A DNA stretch of 32,000 bases from Aquifex aeolicus VF5 (GTDB lineage Bacteria; Aquificota; Aquificia; Aquificales; Aquificaceae). The notes under the pieces were generated by a model. It had not been told where the DNA came from and ran no database searches. It saw nothing but the letters and a program-made list of their open reading frames with translations. Below, one piece after another: positions 17,974-27,431 of the stretch (positions within the stretch are counted from its first letter, which is position 1; every line of letters begins with the position of its first letter). The position numbers and the translations under genes were made by a program. The DNA is taken from assembly GCF_000008625.1 (NCBI RefSeq), contig NC_000918.1:360001-392000 (forward strand), given 5' to 3'.

Positions 17974-18687
17974 ATGAGGATTTTTTTACTTTTCCTGTTC
18001 TTCGTTCTGTTTACCTTCGGTGTTGAGGGTTACGTAATAGAGGAGATAAACGGGAGCACGGGTCTTCGCATACACAAGGAGATAAAGAGAAAGGTTTACA
18101 TAACGGAAGACGCCTTGATAACGGAGACGGAAAAGGAATTCATGGTTCAGAAAATAGAAAACGGCCTTCCGAGAATATACAGAGTCATAAAGAGCTCAAA
18201 ATCCTACATGGACTTTTCAAAGATGACGCCTCTTTTCCTTGTGAGTCTGCCTTTTCTTGACTGCAAGCAAAGGGTTTGCGTGGTAAACAGGGGTGCTTTC
18301 AGACCTACAAACGAATACAAAAAGATAAGGGGCTTTAAAGCGAGGAAAGTCGTGGTAGAGTCCCACGCTCTGGGGAAGAAAACGACACTTATTCAGTGGT
18401 ACACGAAAGAATGGAAAGAACTCGTTGAGGCAAACAGACTTGAGGATAAATTTTACGTAAACTTCATAAGGGCGATTATGAAAGAGAAAAACTTAAGCGA
18501 AGCGAACATTCCCTTAAAAGAAATACAAAACTTCCTGAAGGAGATAAACGAAAAGTTCGGTGGGGTGGTAAGGACGCAGCAGCAAATGCCCTTATTTAAC
18601 ACTTATTCCGAAGTTATATCCGTTAAAAAGACTGAAATTCCAGATTACATATACAAACTACCGGAGGGCTACACTAAGATAAAGTAA
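17974..18687 (+). CDS. exported hypothetical protein
   Basis: Signal peptide MRIFLLFLFFVLFTFGVEG at ATG 17974 (the track start at 17884 would bury it). Directly abuts ftsI. No family recognised. Confidence 0.65.
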   Translation: MRIFLLFLFFVLFTFGVEGYVIEEINGSTGLRIHKEIKRKVYITEDALITETEKEFMVQKIENGLPRIYRVIKSSKSYMDFSKMTPLFLVSLPFLDCKQRVCVVNRGAFRPTNEYKKIRGFKARKVVVESHALGKKTTLIQWYTKEWKELVEANRLEDKFYVNFIRAIMKEKNLSEANIPLKEIQNFLKEINEKFGGVVRTQQQMPLFNTYSEVISVKKTEIPDYIYKLPEGYTKIK

Positions 18688-18688
18688 G

Positions 18689-20425
18689 ATGGAATACCTT
18701 CGGGTTTATCAGAAGAGGGAGAGGGTTTTCAAAAGAAGGGTCATACTCTTCGTGATTTTAAGTTTTTTAGCGGTATTACTCCTTTTAGGAAGGATTTTAT
18801 ATATAAACCTTTTTAAGGAAGATGCACTGAAAGGAGCCGTAAAAGACGCAGAAGTAGTTCAGATCCAGACCTACCGCGGGAGCATAAAAACCTCTGACGG
18901 AAAGATCCTTGCACTCAGTTATCCCGTCGCTTACGTCTACGCCAGCAAGTTCTATCGCTTTCGGGATACGGTAAAGAGGGAGAAATTCATTAAGGAATTA
19001 TCAAAATTACTGGGTGTTAGAGAAAGTGTTTTAAGAAAAAGGATAAAGGAAAACGAGAGTAAGACCTTTTTTGAGTTAATAACCTTTCCCGTTCATTTGA
19101 AAGACGAAGTCAGAAAGCTCATAAAGAGTATAGATTACGACGAAGAGAGTAAAGAGTTCACAAAACCTTACCTCAGTTCCTTTGTGGGAGTGGATGAGCG
19201 TTATAAGAGGTACTATCCACACGGGAATTTTGCCTCAAACCTCCTGGGCTTTGTAACGGAAAAGGGCTACGCCGCGGAGGGTATAGAGAGGCTGTTTGAC
19301 GAGTACCTGAGGGGAGGAGAAGAACCGATAAAGTATTTAGTCTATAAGAATAAAGGAATAACGGTTGTGGAGTCTTTAGGAACGCAGATATACACACCGA
19401 AGGACTTAACCCTCTCCATAGACTTCAGAGTTCAAGCACTTCTGGAAGAGGTTAAGAAAAGAATCGTAAAGAAGTGGAGACCTAAAAAAGTAGTCCTCAT
19501 AGTTATGGAAACTTCTACGGGAAAGGTTAGAGGCTACACGACCTATCCCGACTACGATCCAAATAAATACGAACGCTACCCTTACTGGAGGATAAGGAAT
19601 TTCGGAGTGACGGACAGGTTTGAAGTGGGTTCCGTATTCAAGCCCTTTTTAGTAGCGTTCGCTCTGGATAGGAGAAAGATAAGGAAAGACACTCTTATAA
19701 ACATAAACTACGGGAAGATAAAGGTTCATAAGAAGTACGTGAGGGACGTTACACCTTACTTGTGGAAAAAAGAGTACATAACTCCTAGGGAACTCTTAGT
19801 CCACTCCTCTAACGTGGGAGCTATAAGAGTTGGTCTTATGCTAAAGCCGGAAGAGTATTACGAACTATTTAAAACCTTTAAACTTTTACGTTCTCCCGGA
19901 GTTTTAGAAGGGGAAGTTAAACCCTCTATTTCTGATCTGAAGTATAAAGTAAACAGGGCTTACGCTTCGATAGGACAGGGTGTGGCTTTTAACCCCCTTC
20001 ATTTGATAACTTCCTTCAACGCTCTCGTAAACGGAAAGTACGTAAAGCCTTCCTTCGTGGAAGAAGAGAAAACGGAAGCAGAAAAAATTCAAATAAAACC
20101 CTCAACCGTAAAGTGGATCAGGGACGTGCTCATAGAAGTCGTTGAGAAGGGAACAGGAAAAAGGGCTAAGAGCGAGTATTACTTTGCGGGAGGAAAGACT
20201 GGAACAGCTCAGAAGTACGATTCAGCTCTTAAGACGTACTCTAAGGAAAAGCTCGTAACTTACTTCCTCGGATTCTTTCCTTCAGAGCCGAAGTTTACGG
20301 TTCTCATCCTAGTTGACGAGCCCAAGGGAAAAAACCTTTACGGCGGTACTGTAGCTGCTCCATATTTCAAAGAGATTATAGAAAAAATCGGAGTTATTTA
20401 CGGAGTGAAGCGGGATAGAACGTAG
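18689..20425 (+). CDS. ftsI: penicillin-binding protein transpeptidase (FtsI/PBP2 class)
   Basis: N-terminal TM anchor; transpeptidase motifs SxxK FEVGSVFKPFLVAFALD, SSN (HSSNVGAIRVG), KTG (GGKTGTAQKY). Confidence 0.9.
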   Translation: MEYLRVYQKRERVFKRRVILFVILSFLAVLLLLGRILYINLFKEDALKGAVKDAEVVQIQTYRGSIKTSDGKILALSYPVAYVYASKFYRFRDTVKREKFIKELSKLLGVRESVLRKRIKENESKTFFELITFPVHLKDEVRKLIKSIDYDEESKEFTKPYLSSFVGVDERYKRYYPHGNFASNLLGFVTEKGYAAEGIERLFDEYLRGGEEPIKYLVYKNKGITVVESLGTQIYTPKDLTLSIDFRVQALLEEVKKRIVKKWRPKKVVLIVMETSTGKVRGYTTYPDYDPNKYERYPYWRIRNFGVTDRFEVGSVFKPFLVAFALDRRKIRKDTLININYGKIKVHKKYVRDVTPYLWKKEYITPRELLVHSSNVGAIRVGLMLKPEEYYELFKTFKLLRSPGVLEGEVKPSISDLKYKVNRAYASIGQGVAFNPLHLITSFNALVNGKYVKPSFVEEEKTEAEKIQIKPSTVKWIRDVLIEVVEKGTGKRAKSEYYFAGGKTGTAQKYDSALKTYSKEKLVTYFLGFFPSEPKFTVLILVDEPKGKNLYGGTVAAPYFKEIIEKIGVIYGVKRDRT

Positions 20426-21060
20426 TCGGCGAGTCCAGTTCTGATATCTTTTGGTAGTTCAACATCTTGAATTCTGGGAACTTTGTAAGGTTTTATCCCC
20501 GTCATTTCTTCTATTATTTGAGGGTTTGTTCTCTCCGAGACGTCCTCACCCGTAAAGCCGTTCAGGATTATTCCGATGACCTCAAGCCCTGTGGCTTTTG
20601 CATAGTACCACGTCAGGAAGGTGTGATTTATCGTTCCGAGTCCTGCTCTACCGACAATTAGAACTTTCAGTTTCCAGTCCCTTGCAAGATTTGCGTAAGT
20701 GTAATTTTTCTTTATCGGAACCGCTATACCGCCCGCTCCTTCAACGAGGAGAAATTTGTACTTTTTGGAGAGTTCTTCGTAATGCTTTCCTAATTCTTCC
20801 AATGCAAAGTCCCTGCCTTCCTCGAGGGTAGCCGCATAGGGAGCTAAGGGAAGGGAAAAGCGAACGGGAACAATCTCGTTAACACTCTGTCCCGTTGCCT
20901 TTGAAAGGAGTGAGCCGTCTTCCGGAACTTCCCTTACGTAAGTCTCTACCGGCTTGAGACACCCGACTTTGTAACCTCTTTCCTTTAACTCCTTTGCAAG
21001 GTTGTAAGTTATAAAGGTCTTTCCTACTCCCGTGTCCGTTCCGGTGATAAGGAGTCTCAT
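20398..21060 (-). CDS. bioD: dethiobiotin synthetase
   Basis: MRLLITGTDTGVGKTFITYNLAKELKERGYKVGCLKPVETY; LLVEGAGGIAVP; VGRAGLGTINHTFLT; GIILNG. Confidence 0.93.
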   Translation of the reverse strand: MRLLITGTDTGVGKTFITYNLAKELKERGYKVGCLKPVETYVREVPEDGSLLSKATGQSVNEIVPVRFSLPLAPYAATLEEGRDFALEELGKHYEELSKKYKFLLVEGAGGIAVPIKKNYTYANLARDWKLKVLIVGRAGLGTINHTFLTWYYAKATGLEVIGIILNGFTGEDVSERTNPQIIEEMTGIKPYKVPRIQDVELPKDIRTGLADYVLSRFTP

Positions 21061-21704
21061 ACCTTACCCATCAGCATCAGCATTCTCAGGGTTTCCTGGT
21101 AAGCCCTCTTTATGGATTCTGCTGCCTTTTTGACGTCCGCAAACCCGAGAATTCCTGAGGAAACCGCTATATTTCTGCACCCTGCTCTTACCACTTCAGG
21201 AACTCTGTACGGCATTATTCCGCCTATGCAAACTATGGGTTTCTGGGAGATCTTCACGGCTTCCTTCAGGGCTTCTACACCCACGAGTTTGTAGTTTTCC
21301 TTCGTAGACGTGTGGTATATGGAACCAAAACCTATGTAGTCTACGGGAAGTTCCTGCGCCCTCTTGACCTCTTCAAGACTGTTTGCGGTGTATCCTATGT
21401 ACATCTTATCTCCCACTATTTTCCTTACCACTTCGGGGGGAAGGTCGTCTTTCCCTATGTGGACGCCGTCCGCCTCTACCGCGAGTGCCAAGTCTACCCT
21501 GTCGTTTACCACGAGGTCCGCGTTGTACTTTCTGGTGAGCTCTCTGAGTTTTACGAGTTCCTCGTACATCTGTCTCGTGGTTTTGTTTTCAAACCTGTAC
21601 TGAACTGCGGTAACACCGCCCTGAAGTGCTTGCTCTATAGTATTGAAAAGGTCTCTGTCCTTGAAGTACTTGTCGTCAGTAATCAGGTATATGGTTAAGT
21701 TCAT
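21057..21704 (-). CDS. thiE: thiamine-phosphate synthase
   Basis: TIYLITDDKY, GGVTAVQYRFE, LVVNDRVDLALAVEADGVHIGKDDLP, GYTANSLEEVKRA, YIGFGSIYHTSTK, VCIGGIMPYRV. Confidence 0.93.
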   Translation of the reverse strand: MNLTIYLITDDKYFKDRDLFNTIEQALQGGVTAVQYRFENKTTRQMYEELVKLRELTRKYNADLVVNDRVDLALAVEADGVHIGKDDLPPEVVRKIVGDKMYIGYTANSLEEVKRAQELPVDYIGFGSIYHTSTKENYKLVGVEALKEAVKISQKPIVCIGGIMPYRVPEVVRAGCRNIAVSSGILGFADVKKAAESIKRAYQETLRMLMLMGKV

Positions 21705-21741
21705 TGGCTACCTCCAGAAATTTTTCAGTGATTTAAATATA

Positions 21742-23304
21742 TCACTTAAAGGCTTCAACGAGTTCTTTAGCACCTTCCAGAGTCTTTTCACTCTTCATAC
21801 CCATCAGTCTCGCAACCTCTTCTACTTTTTCCTCTTCCGAGAGTTCCCTCACTACTATGTATGGTATATCTCCGAGGAACTTCTTTTCGGTTTTGAAGTT
21901 CTTGTCTCCCGCTGCACAAAGGGGTGCGGAGTGGGTTATGACTATCACTTGCATCTTTTTAGAGAGTTCCTTTAAGAATTTAGCTACTTTAAAGGAAGTC
22001 TCACCGCTTATCCCGGCGTCCACCTCGTCAAAAACGTAAGTCTCGCTCGCGGGAAGGATTAAGGAAAGTGCAAGGAAAAGACGCGAAAGTTCGCCGCCGG
22101 AGGCAACCTCTTCAAGAGGTTTAAAGTCCTTTCCGTAGGAGGAGAACAAAAACTCTATTTTGTCCTTTCCGTACTTCGTGGGTTCACTCTCTTTAATTTC
22201 CACTTTGAGCTTTGCCCTCTCTAAGTTTAATTCTTTCAGTATTTCCTCAATCCTTTCCTCAAGGTCCTCCGCTTTTTTCCTTCTATCTCTTGAAACTTCT
22301 TCCGCGAGCTTGTCATACTCCTCCCTTAACTTTTCTACTTCTTCCCTTAACTCCTCCTCCTTGAAATCCACAGAATTCAAGTTTGATAATTCTTCTTTGA
22401 TTTCCTCAACTTCTTTTAAGATTTCTGGAAATGATTTTTTGTACTTCTCTTCAAGTCTCTGGATTCTGAAGAGTTTTTCGTTAATTTCGTTTACTTCTTC
22501 CTCAGAGATTTCAGGCATTTCCTCCTTCAGGGAGTTGTAGAGTTCGTAAACTTCCTCTTCAAGGTTTGCTATTTTTTCTATCAATTCCGAAAATTTACCT
22601 GAATAACTTTCTACCTTTGCGAGATTTTTCCTGATTTCTCCGAGAATTTCGTAAACGGAGTTTTCACCCTCGAGGAGTTTATATAGACTTTCTCCTACCG
22701 CCTTTTTGACTTTTTCGAGGTTGTTTATTAAATTCGCTTTATTCTTCAGCTCTTCGTACTCTTCAGAGCTTATTCCTATCTCTTCAACCTCCCTTACTCT
22801 GAACTCAAGGTAGTCCTTTTTCTGGATTAATTCCTCTTTTTTCCTCAAAAACTCGAAGAGTTCCTGTTCCTTTTTCCTCAGTGAGTTGTAAACTTTTTCA
22901 AGTTCTTTTACTTTATCGTTCAAGTTTGCAAAGGTGTCAAGGAGTTTCCTCTGGAAGTCTTCCCTGAATAGGTTTATAAACTCGTTCTGTCCCTGAAGGG
23001 AAATCTTTCCTTCTAAGAGTTCCAGAACCGTGCTCTTTGAAGCTCCCTTTCCGTTGACGTAGTACCTGCTCCTTCCCTTCTTTACCTCTCTTCTTAGGAT
23101 TATTTCTTCTTCACCGAGAAGTTCAAGCTCTACCGCAGTTCCCTCGGGGTAATCGCCTTGTTTTCCCATGAGGAACTCTATTGCGGATATGGTCATGGAC
23201 TTTCCTGTTCCCGTTTCTCCTGTTATGACATTGAGCCCCCTTTCAAACTCCACTTCCACGTCTCTGATAAAGAAGAAGTTCTGGATGTAGAGCCTTCCGA
23301 GCAT
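21742..23304 (-). CDS. recN: DNA repair protein RecN
   Basis: MLGRLYIQNFFFIRDVEVEFERGLNVITGETGTGKSMTISAIEFLMG; signature ASGGELSRLFLAL; VFDEVDAGISGETSFKVAKFL; VITHSAPLCAAGD. Confidence 0.95.
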   Translation of the reverse strand: MLGRLYIQNFFFIRDVEVEFERGLNVITGETGTGKSMTISAIEFLMGKQGDYPEGTAVELELLGEEEIILRREVKKGRSRYYVNGKGASKSTVLELLEGKISLQGQNEFINLFREDFQRKLLDTFANLNDKVKELEKVYNSLRKKEQELFEFLRKKEELIQKKDYLEFRVREVEEIGISSEEYEELKNKANLINNLEKVKKAVGESLYKLLEGENSVYEILGEIRKNLAKVESYSGKFSELIEKIANLEEEVYELYNSLKEEMPEISEEEVNEINEKLFRIQRLEEKYKKSFPEILKEVEEIKEELSNLNSVDFKEEELREEVEKLREEYDKLAEEVSRDRRKKAEDLEERIEEILKELNLERAKLKVEIKESEPTKYGKDKIEFLFSSYGKDFKPLEEVASGGELSRLFLALSLILPASETYVFDEVDAGISGETSFKVAKFLKELSKKMQVIVITHSAPLCAAGDKNFKTEKKFLGDIPYIVVRELSEEEKVEEVARLMGMKSEKTLEGAKELVEAFK

Positions 23305-23314
23305 GGTGTTTGAG

Positions 23315-23386
23315 AGCCGGCGGTGGGATTCGAACCCACGACCTCAGGCTTACGAAGCCCGCGCTCTACCGCTGAGCTACGCCGGC
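23315..23386 (-). tRNA. tRNA-Thr (anticodon CGT), 72 nt, CCA not encoded
   Basis: Minus strand GCCGGCGTAGCTCAGCGGTAGAGCGCGGGCTTCGTAAGCCTGAGGTCGTGGGTTCGAATCCCACCGCCGGCT. Acceptor GCCGGCG/CGCCGGC pairs perfectly. D stem GCTC/GAGC; anticodon stem CGGGC/GCCTG with loop TTCGTAA; T stem GTGGG/CCCAC with loop TTCGAAT. Confidence 0.97.
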
Positions 23387-23467
23387 TGAGTATATTAATT
23401 TAAACATTCATAATTTCCTTTTCAACACCTGAAAAATTCGGGAAATAATTTAAAGTATTAAATTATT

Positions 23468-25324
23468 GTGAGACACAATTTATTGTTAAAACTCCTCGCT
23501 CTTTGGGGAGTATCCCTTACGATCCTACTCGTATTCGCCCTTATCTTTATAAGAAAGTCCACCTTGAAACCTGCAAAAGACAGGGCTTTAACCACGGCAC
23601 AACTCGTGAGGGATGCCCTCACCACTCTTATGGTTTCAAACGCTATGGACAAAAGGGAAATTTTCTTAGAGGAAATTAAAAAGGTTCAAGGACTCAAAGA
23701 AATTCGCGTAATAAGGGGGGAGGCTGTAGTAAAGCAGTACGGTCCGGGACTTTACTCGGAAAGACCAAAAGATCCTCTGGAAAAGGAAGTTCTCGCCACG
23801 GGCAAGGTAAAGGAGGAAATTCTGGAGGATATTAACAGAGTTTTGTACAGGGTTATAATACCTTACAAGGCGGAGCCTTCACCCATTTTAAACTGTATGC
23901 AGTGCCACAAAGTAAAGCCCGGAGAGGTTCTCGGAGCTGTCTCCATTACGATGGATCTAACTCCTTACAGGAATTTCGGCTTTTTCATTTTCTTCAGTCT
24001 CGGTGCTATAGCCCTCACGGTGGCTTTCATTACTTTCCTTATCGTTTACGGAAACATCAAGAACGTCAGCACATTTATAGACGAACTGGACAAAGTCTTT
24101 TCGGCTTTTGAAAAGGGGATATTCTACGAAAGGCTCAGTTTGGAAACCTTAAAAGGTGAGATAAAAGATTTCGGAAAGAAGATTAATAAAGTACTGGACA
24201 TACTTGACAACGCCTTTAAGGATATAAGGGAAAAGGTTTACGCACTCCTTGGATACTCAATCATGGAAACGGAAAACGAACTGAGGGACACCGAGAAAGT
24301 AATAGACGAGCTCGTGAGGATTTCTCAGTTCAAGAGAACGATAGAACTGGACAACTCCCTTGAAGAGGTTTACAAGAGGCTTGAGAGCGTTCTTTCTAAC
24401 TACATGAGTCTAGATAAGTTCTCTATATACGAAGTGACCGACGACAACAGGATTAAAAAGGTTGCCGTACACGGAAGAGAACTCTGGTGTTCGGAAATCA
24501 TACTGAAAGACGCAAACGAGTGCAGGGCAAAGAGAACGGGGCAGGACGTGGACTCAGAAGAGTTCGAGTGTGTATGTCCAAACTTTGCGTACTGCGCTAA
24601 CGAAAACTCCAATAAAAAGTACTGTTACTACTGCATACCTGTTAACGTAGGAGGAAAAATAGGAAACGTGGTTCAATTGGTTTATGAAAGGGAATTGAAG
24701 GACTTCGTGAAGCTCCTCATTCCTTACATAAAAGGGTACTTAAGGGAAGCGACTCCCGTTATAGAGTCCAAGAAATTAATGGAAAAGCTCAAGATGCAGT
24801 CTTACATAGACGGGCTTACCGGGGCTTTTAACAGGCGCTTTCTGGAAGAAATAGCGGACAAAATAGTGGCTCAAACTCTGAGGAGAAACTCAAACCTCGG
24901 CATACTTATGATAGACGTTGATTTCTTTAAGCAGGTGAACGACACATACGGACACGACGCGGGTGATGAGGTCCTGAGACAAATAGCAAGGGTAATAAAG
25001 GATAACATCAGGAAGGCGGATTACTTGATAAGGTACGGAGGAGAAGAATTTTTGGTTCTCCTTACAGATGTAAAGGAAGGTTACGCTGAGAAGGTAGCAG
25101 AGAAGCTCAGGAAAATAATTGAAGAAACGCCGATAACACTTCCCAACTGTCAGACTATCAGGAAAACAGTAAGCATAGGGATATCCGAATTTCCAAAAGA
25201 TTGCGAAGGAAAGTTCTGGAAGTGTGTTAAATTTGCAGACGTTGCCCTCTACAAGGCTAAGGAAGAGGGGAGGAACAGGGTGGTCCGCTTCAAGCCCGAA
25301 ATGTGGCAGGAGAAGGAGTATTAA
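23468..25324 (+). CDS. membrane diguanylate cyclase with periplasmic CxxCH (c-type heme candidate), cytosolic Cys-rich GAF-like region and GGEEF domain
   Basis: GTG start; N-terminal TM; periplasmic NCMQCH; second TM FFIFFSLGAIALTVAFITFLIVY; HAMP-like segment; GAF-like region with 7 Cys; RKADYLIRYGGEEF with RxxD I-site 5 residues before GGEEF. Confidence 0.87.
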   Translation: MRHNLLLKLLALWGVSLTILLVFALIFIRKSTLKPAKDRALTTAQLVRDALTTLMVSNAMDKREIFLEEIKKVQGLKEIRVIRGEAVVKQYGPGLYSERPKDPLEKEVLATGKVKEEILEDINRVLYRVIIPYKAEPSPILNCMQCHKVKPGEVLGAVSITMDLTPYRNFGFFIFFSLGAIALTVAFITFLIVYGNIKNVSTFIDELDKVFSAFEKGIFYERLSLETLKGEIKDFGKKINKVLDILDNAFKDIREKVYALLGYSIMETENELRDTEKVIDELVRISQFKRTIELDNSLEEVYKRLESVLSNYMSLDKFSIYEVTDDNRIKKVAVHGRELWCSEIILKDANECRAKRTGQDVDSEEFECVCPNFAYCANENSNKKYCYYCIPVNVGGKIGNVVQLVYERELKDFVKLLIPYIKGYLREATPVIESKKLMEKLKMQSYIDGLTGAFNRRFLEEIADKIVAQTLRRNSNLGILMIDVDFFKQVNDTYGHDAGDEVLRQIARVIKDNIRKADYLIRYGGEEFLVLLTDVKEGYAEKVAEKLRKIIEETPITLPNCQTIRKTVSIGISEFPKDCEGKFWKCVKFADVALYKAKEEGRNRVVRFKPEMWQEKEY

Positions 25325-25334
25325 AATAATCCCG

Positions 25335-26282
25335 ATGCTATCCGAAGAAAGGGTAAAGGAACTTCTTAAAAAACTCAAAGATTTAAAAATCCTCGTGGTG
25401 GGAGACGTAATCCTTGACACCTACCTTTACGGGAATGTGGAGAGGATTTCGCCCGAAGCTCCCGTTCCCGTTTTGGAAGTAGAAGGGGAAGAGTTCAGAC
25501 TGGGAGGAGCCGGAAACGTAGCGAAAAACTTATCTTCTTTAGGCGTGGAGACTTACCTTTGCGGTGTAGTAGGAAAGGACGAAGCGGGGAAAAGATTAAG
25601 GGAATTAATAGAGGGAAATTCCATAAGGAGTTTTTTAATTGAGGACGAGAGACCAACGACCAAGAAAACTAGGGTGGTATCGAGAAACCAGCAACTTCTT
25701 AGAATTGATTGGGAAGACAGGAGCTACATTTCCGGAAAAGCCCTTGAGAAAATTCTGGACGTTATAAAGAACTTGCAGGTTGACGGGATAATCGTTTCAG
25801 ACTACGCCAAGGGCGTTATCACGGAAGAGGTAATAAAGACTATCAGAGAGAAAGGCGTTTTTTACTCAGTGGACCCGAGACCAAAGCACAGGGAACTCTA
25901 CAGAAAAGCATATCTTATGACACCCAACGAAAAGGAATTGAGAGAAATGTCAAAATTTGAAGGAAGTGTTGAAGAACTCGGTAAAAAATTAAAAGAGGAG
26001 CTGGAACTTGAAACGCTTATAGTTACCCGCGGGGAAAAAGGGATGAGTTTATTTACGGAGAAAGGAGTTAAGCACTTTCCAGCTAGGGCGAGAAAGGTTT
26101 ACGATGTCACGGGAGCAGGGGACACGGTAATTGCAAGCATAACAGCCTTTAAACTCGCGGGGGCTACATGGGAGGAGTGTTGTGAACTCGGAAACGTGTG
26201 CGGCGGTATAGTGGTGGGTGAGTTTGGAACGGCAACCGTCACACCGGAAAAACTCCTGAAAGCCGTAAAACTAAATTCTTAA
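25335..26282 (+). CDS. rfaE1: D-glycero-beta-D-manno-heptose-7-phosphate kinase (HldE/RfaE kinase domain)
   Basis: LKILVVGDVILDTYLYGNVERISPEAPVPVLEVEGEEFRLGGAGNVAKNLSSLG; SDYAKGVI; TPNEKE; DVTGAGDTVIASI. Internal ATG 25335 fits the family better than the track start at 25224, which lies in the preceding gene. Confidence 0.9.
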   Translation: MLSEERVKELLKKLKDLKILVVGDVILDTYLYGNVERISPEAPVPVLEVEGEEFRLGGAGNVAKNLSSLGVETYLCGVVGKDEAGKRLRELIEGNSIRSFLIEDERPTTKKTRVVSRNQQLLRIDWEDRSYISGKALEKILDVIKNLQVDGIIVSDYAKGVITEEVIKTIREKGVFYSVDPRPKHRELYRKAYLMTPNEKELREMSKFEGSVEELGKKLKEELELETLIVTRGEKGMSLFTEKGVKHFPARARKVYDVTGAGDTVIASITAFKLAGATWEECCELGNVCGGIVVGEFGTATVTPEKLLKAVKLNS

Positions 26283-26284
26283 TT

Positions 26285-26986
26285 ATGTTCAAAAACTTAA
26301 TCTGGCTCAAAGAAGTAGACTCCACACAGGAAAGATTAAAGGAGTGGAACGTAAGCTACGGCACAGCTCTCGTTGCGGACAGACAGACGAAGGGAAGGGG
26401 AAGGCTCGGAAGGAAGTGGCTCTCTCAGGAAGGAGGACTTTACTTCAGTTTCCTTTTAAACCCTAAAGAATTTGAAAACCTCCTCCAGCTTCCCTTAGTC
26501 CTCGGACTTTCGGTTTCTGAAGCTTTAGAAGAAATTACGGAAATACCCTTTTCACTCAAGTGGCCAAACGACGTTTACTTTCAGGAAAAGAAAGTATCGG
26601 GTGTTCTGTGTGAACTTTCAAAGGATAAATTAATCGTCGGGATAGGTATAAACGTAAACCAGAGAGAAATTCCGGAGGAAATAAAAGACAGGGCTACCAC
26701 CCTTTATGAGATTACTGGAAAAGATTGGGACAGAAAGGAAGTCCTCTTAAAAGTTTTGAAAAGAATAAGCGAAAACTTAAAAAAGTTCAAAGAAAAGAGC
26801 TTTAAGGAATTCAAAGGAAAAATTGAAAGTAAAATGCTCTACCTCGGAGAAGAAGTGAAGCTCCTCGGTGAGGGGAAGATTACGGGAAAGCTCGTAGGAC
26901 TTTCCGAAAAGGGAGGAGCTTTAATACTTACGGAGGAAGGAATTAAGGAAATCCTATCGGGAGAGTTCAGCCTCAGAAGGTCTTGA
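26285..26986 (+). CDS. birA: biotin--[acetyl-CoA-carboxylase] ligase, without HTH domain
   Basis: LKEVDSTQERLKEW, TKGRGRLGRKWLSQEGGLYFSFLL, SLKWPNDVYFQEKKVSGVLCE, VGIGINVNQ. Confidence 0.9.
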   Translation: MFKNLIWLKEVDSTQERLKEWNVSYGTALVADRQTKGRGRLGRKWLSQEGGLYFSFLLNPKEFENLLQLPLVLGLSVSEALEEITEIPFSLKWPNDVYFQEKKVSGVLCELSKDKLIVGIGINVNQREIPEEIKDRATTLYEITGKDWDRKEVLLKVLKRISENLKKFKEKSFKEFKGKIESKMLYLGEEVKLLGEGKITGKLVGLSEKGGALILTEEGIKEILSGEFSLRRS

Positions 26987-27418
26987 GATTTTTAATTCCA
27001 TCAGAAGGGCGTTCTCACCGTCCGAATAGTATCCCTTCCTCTCGGTAACAACTTTAAAACCGAGTTTTTTGTAAAGGTTTATCGCTCTGAGGTTTGACTT
27101 TCTCACGTCCAAAACCACCCTTTTCACCTTATCACCTAGCCTGCTTATTGCTTCCCTCAGTAGCTTCTCTCCGTAGCCCTTTCCCCTGTATCCCGGAGCG
27201 ATTGCAAAGGTCATTATCGTTGCCTCTTCCTTTACGACCCAGAAAATTACGTAGCCCACCACTTTTCCGTCCTCTTCCAAAACGAAGCGTCTGGAAAACT
27301 TATTCTCAAAGTCCTTTTCAAAGGAGAACCTGCTCCAGGCGTCCGTTGTAAAGCTCTCCCTGTTTATCTCGTAAACCCTCTCCACATCCTCCCTTTCCAT
27401 TTCCCTGACTTTTAACAT
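26954..27418 (-). CDS. rimI: ribosomal-protein-alanine N-acetyltransferase (GNAT)
   Basis: [20 protein letters not shown], [29 protein letters not shown]...ALLMEL. Confidence 0.85.
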
Positions 27419-27431
27419 TAAGATTTATTTT

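Noticed and set aside
23315-23386. tRNA as an integration site for an adjacent element
   Set aside because: The tRNA is flanked immediately by recN and a regulatory cyclase gene, with no visible direct-repeat attachment remnant or integrase.
24890-25420. 176-aa minus-strand ORF
   Set aside because: Overlaps the GGEEF domain antisense. The plus-strand protein is strongly supported, and this is a reading shadow.
26285-26986. BirA missing its N-terminal DNA-binding domain as a truncation
   Set aside because: HTH-less monofunctional biotin ligases are common, and the catalytic domain starts normally at the first Met.
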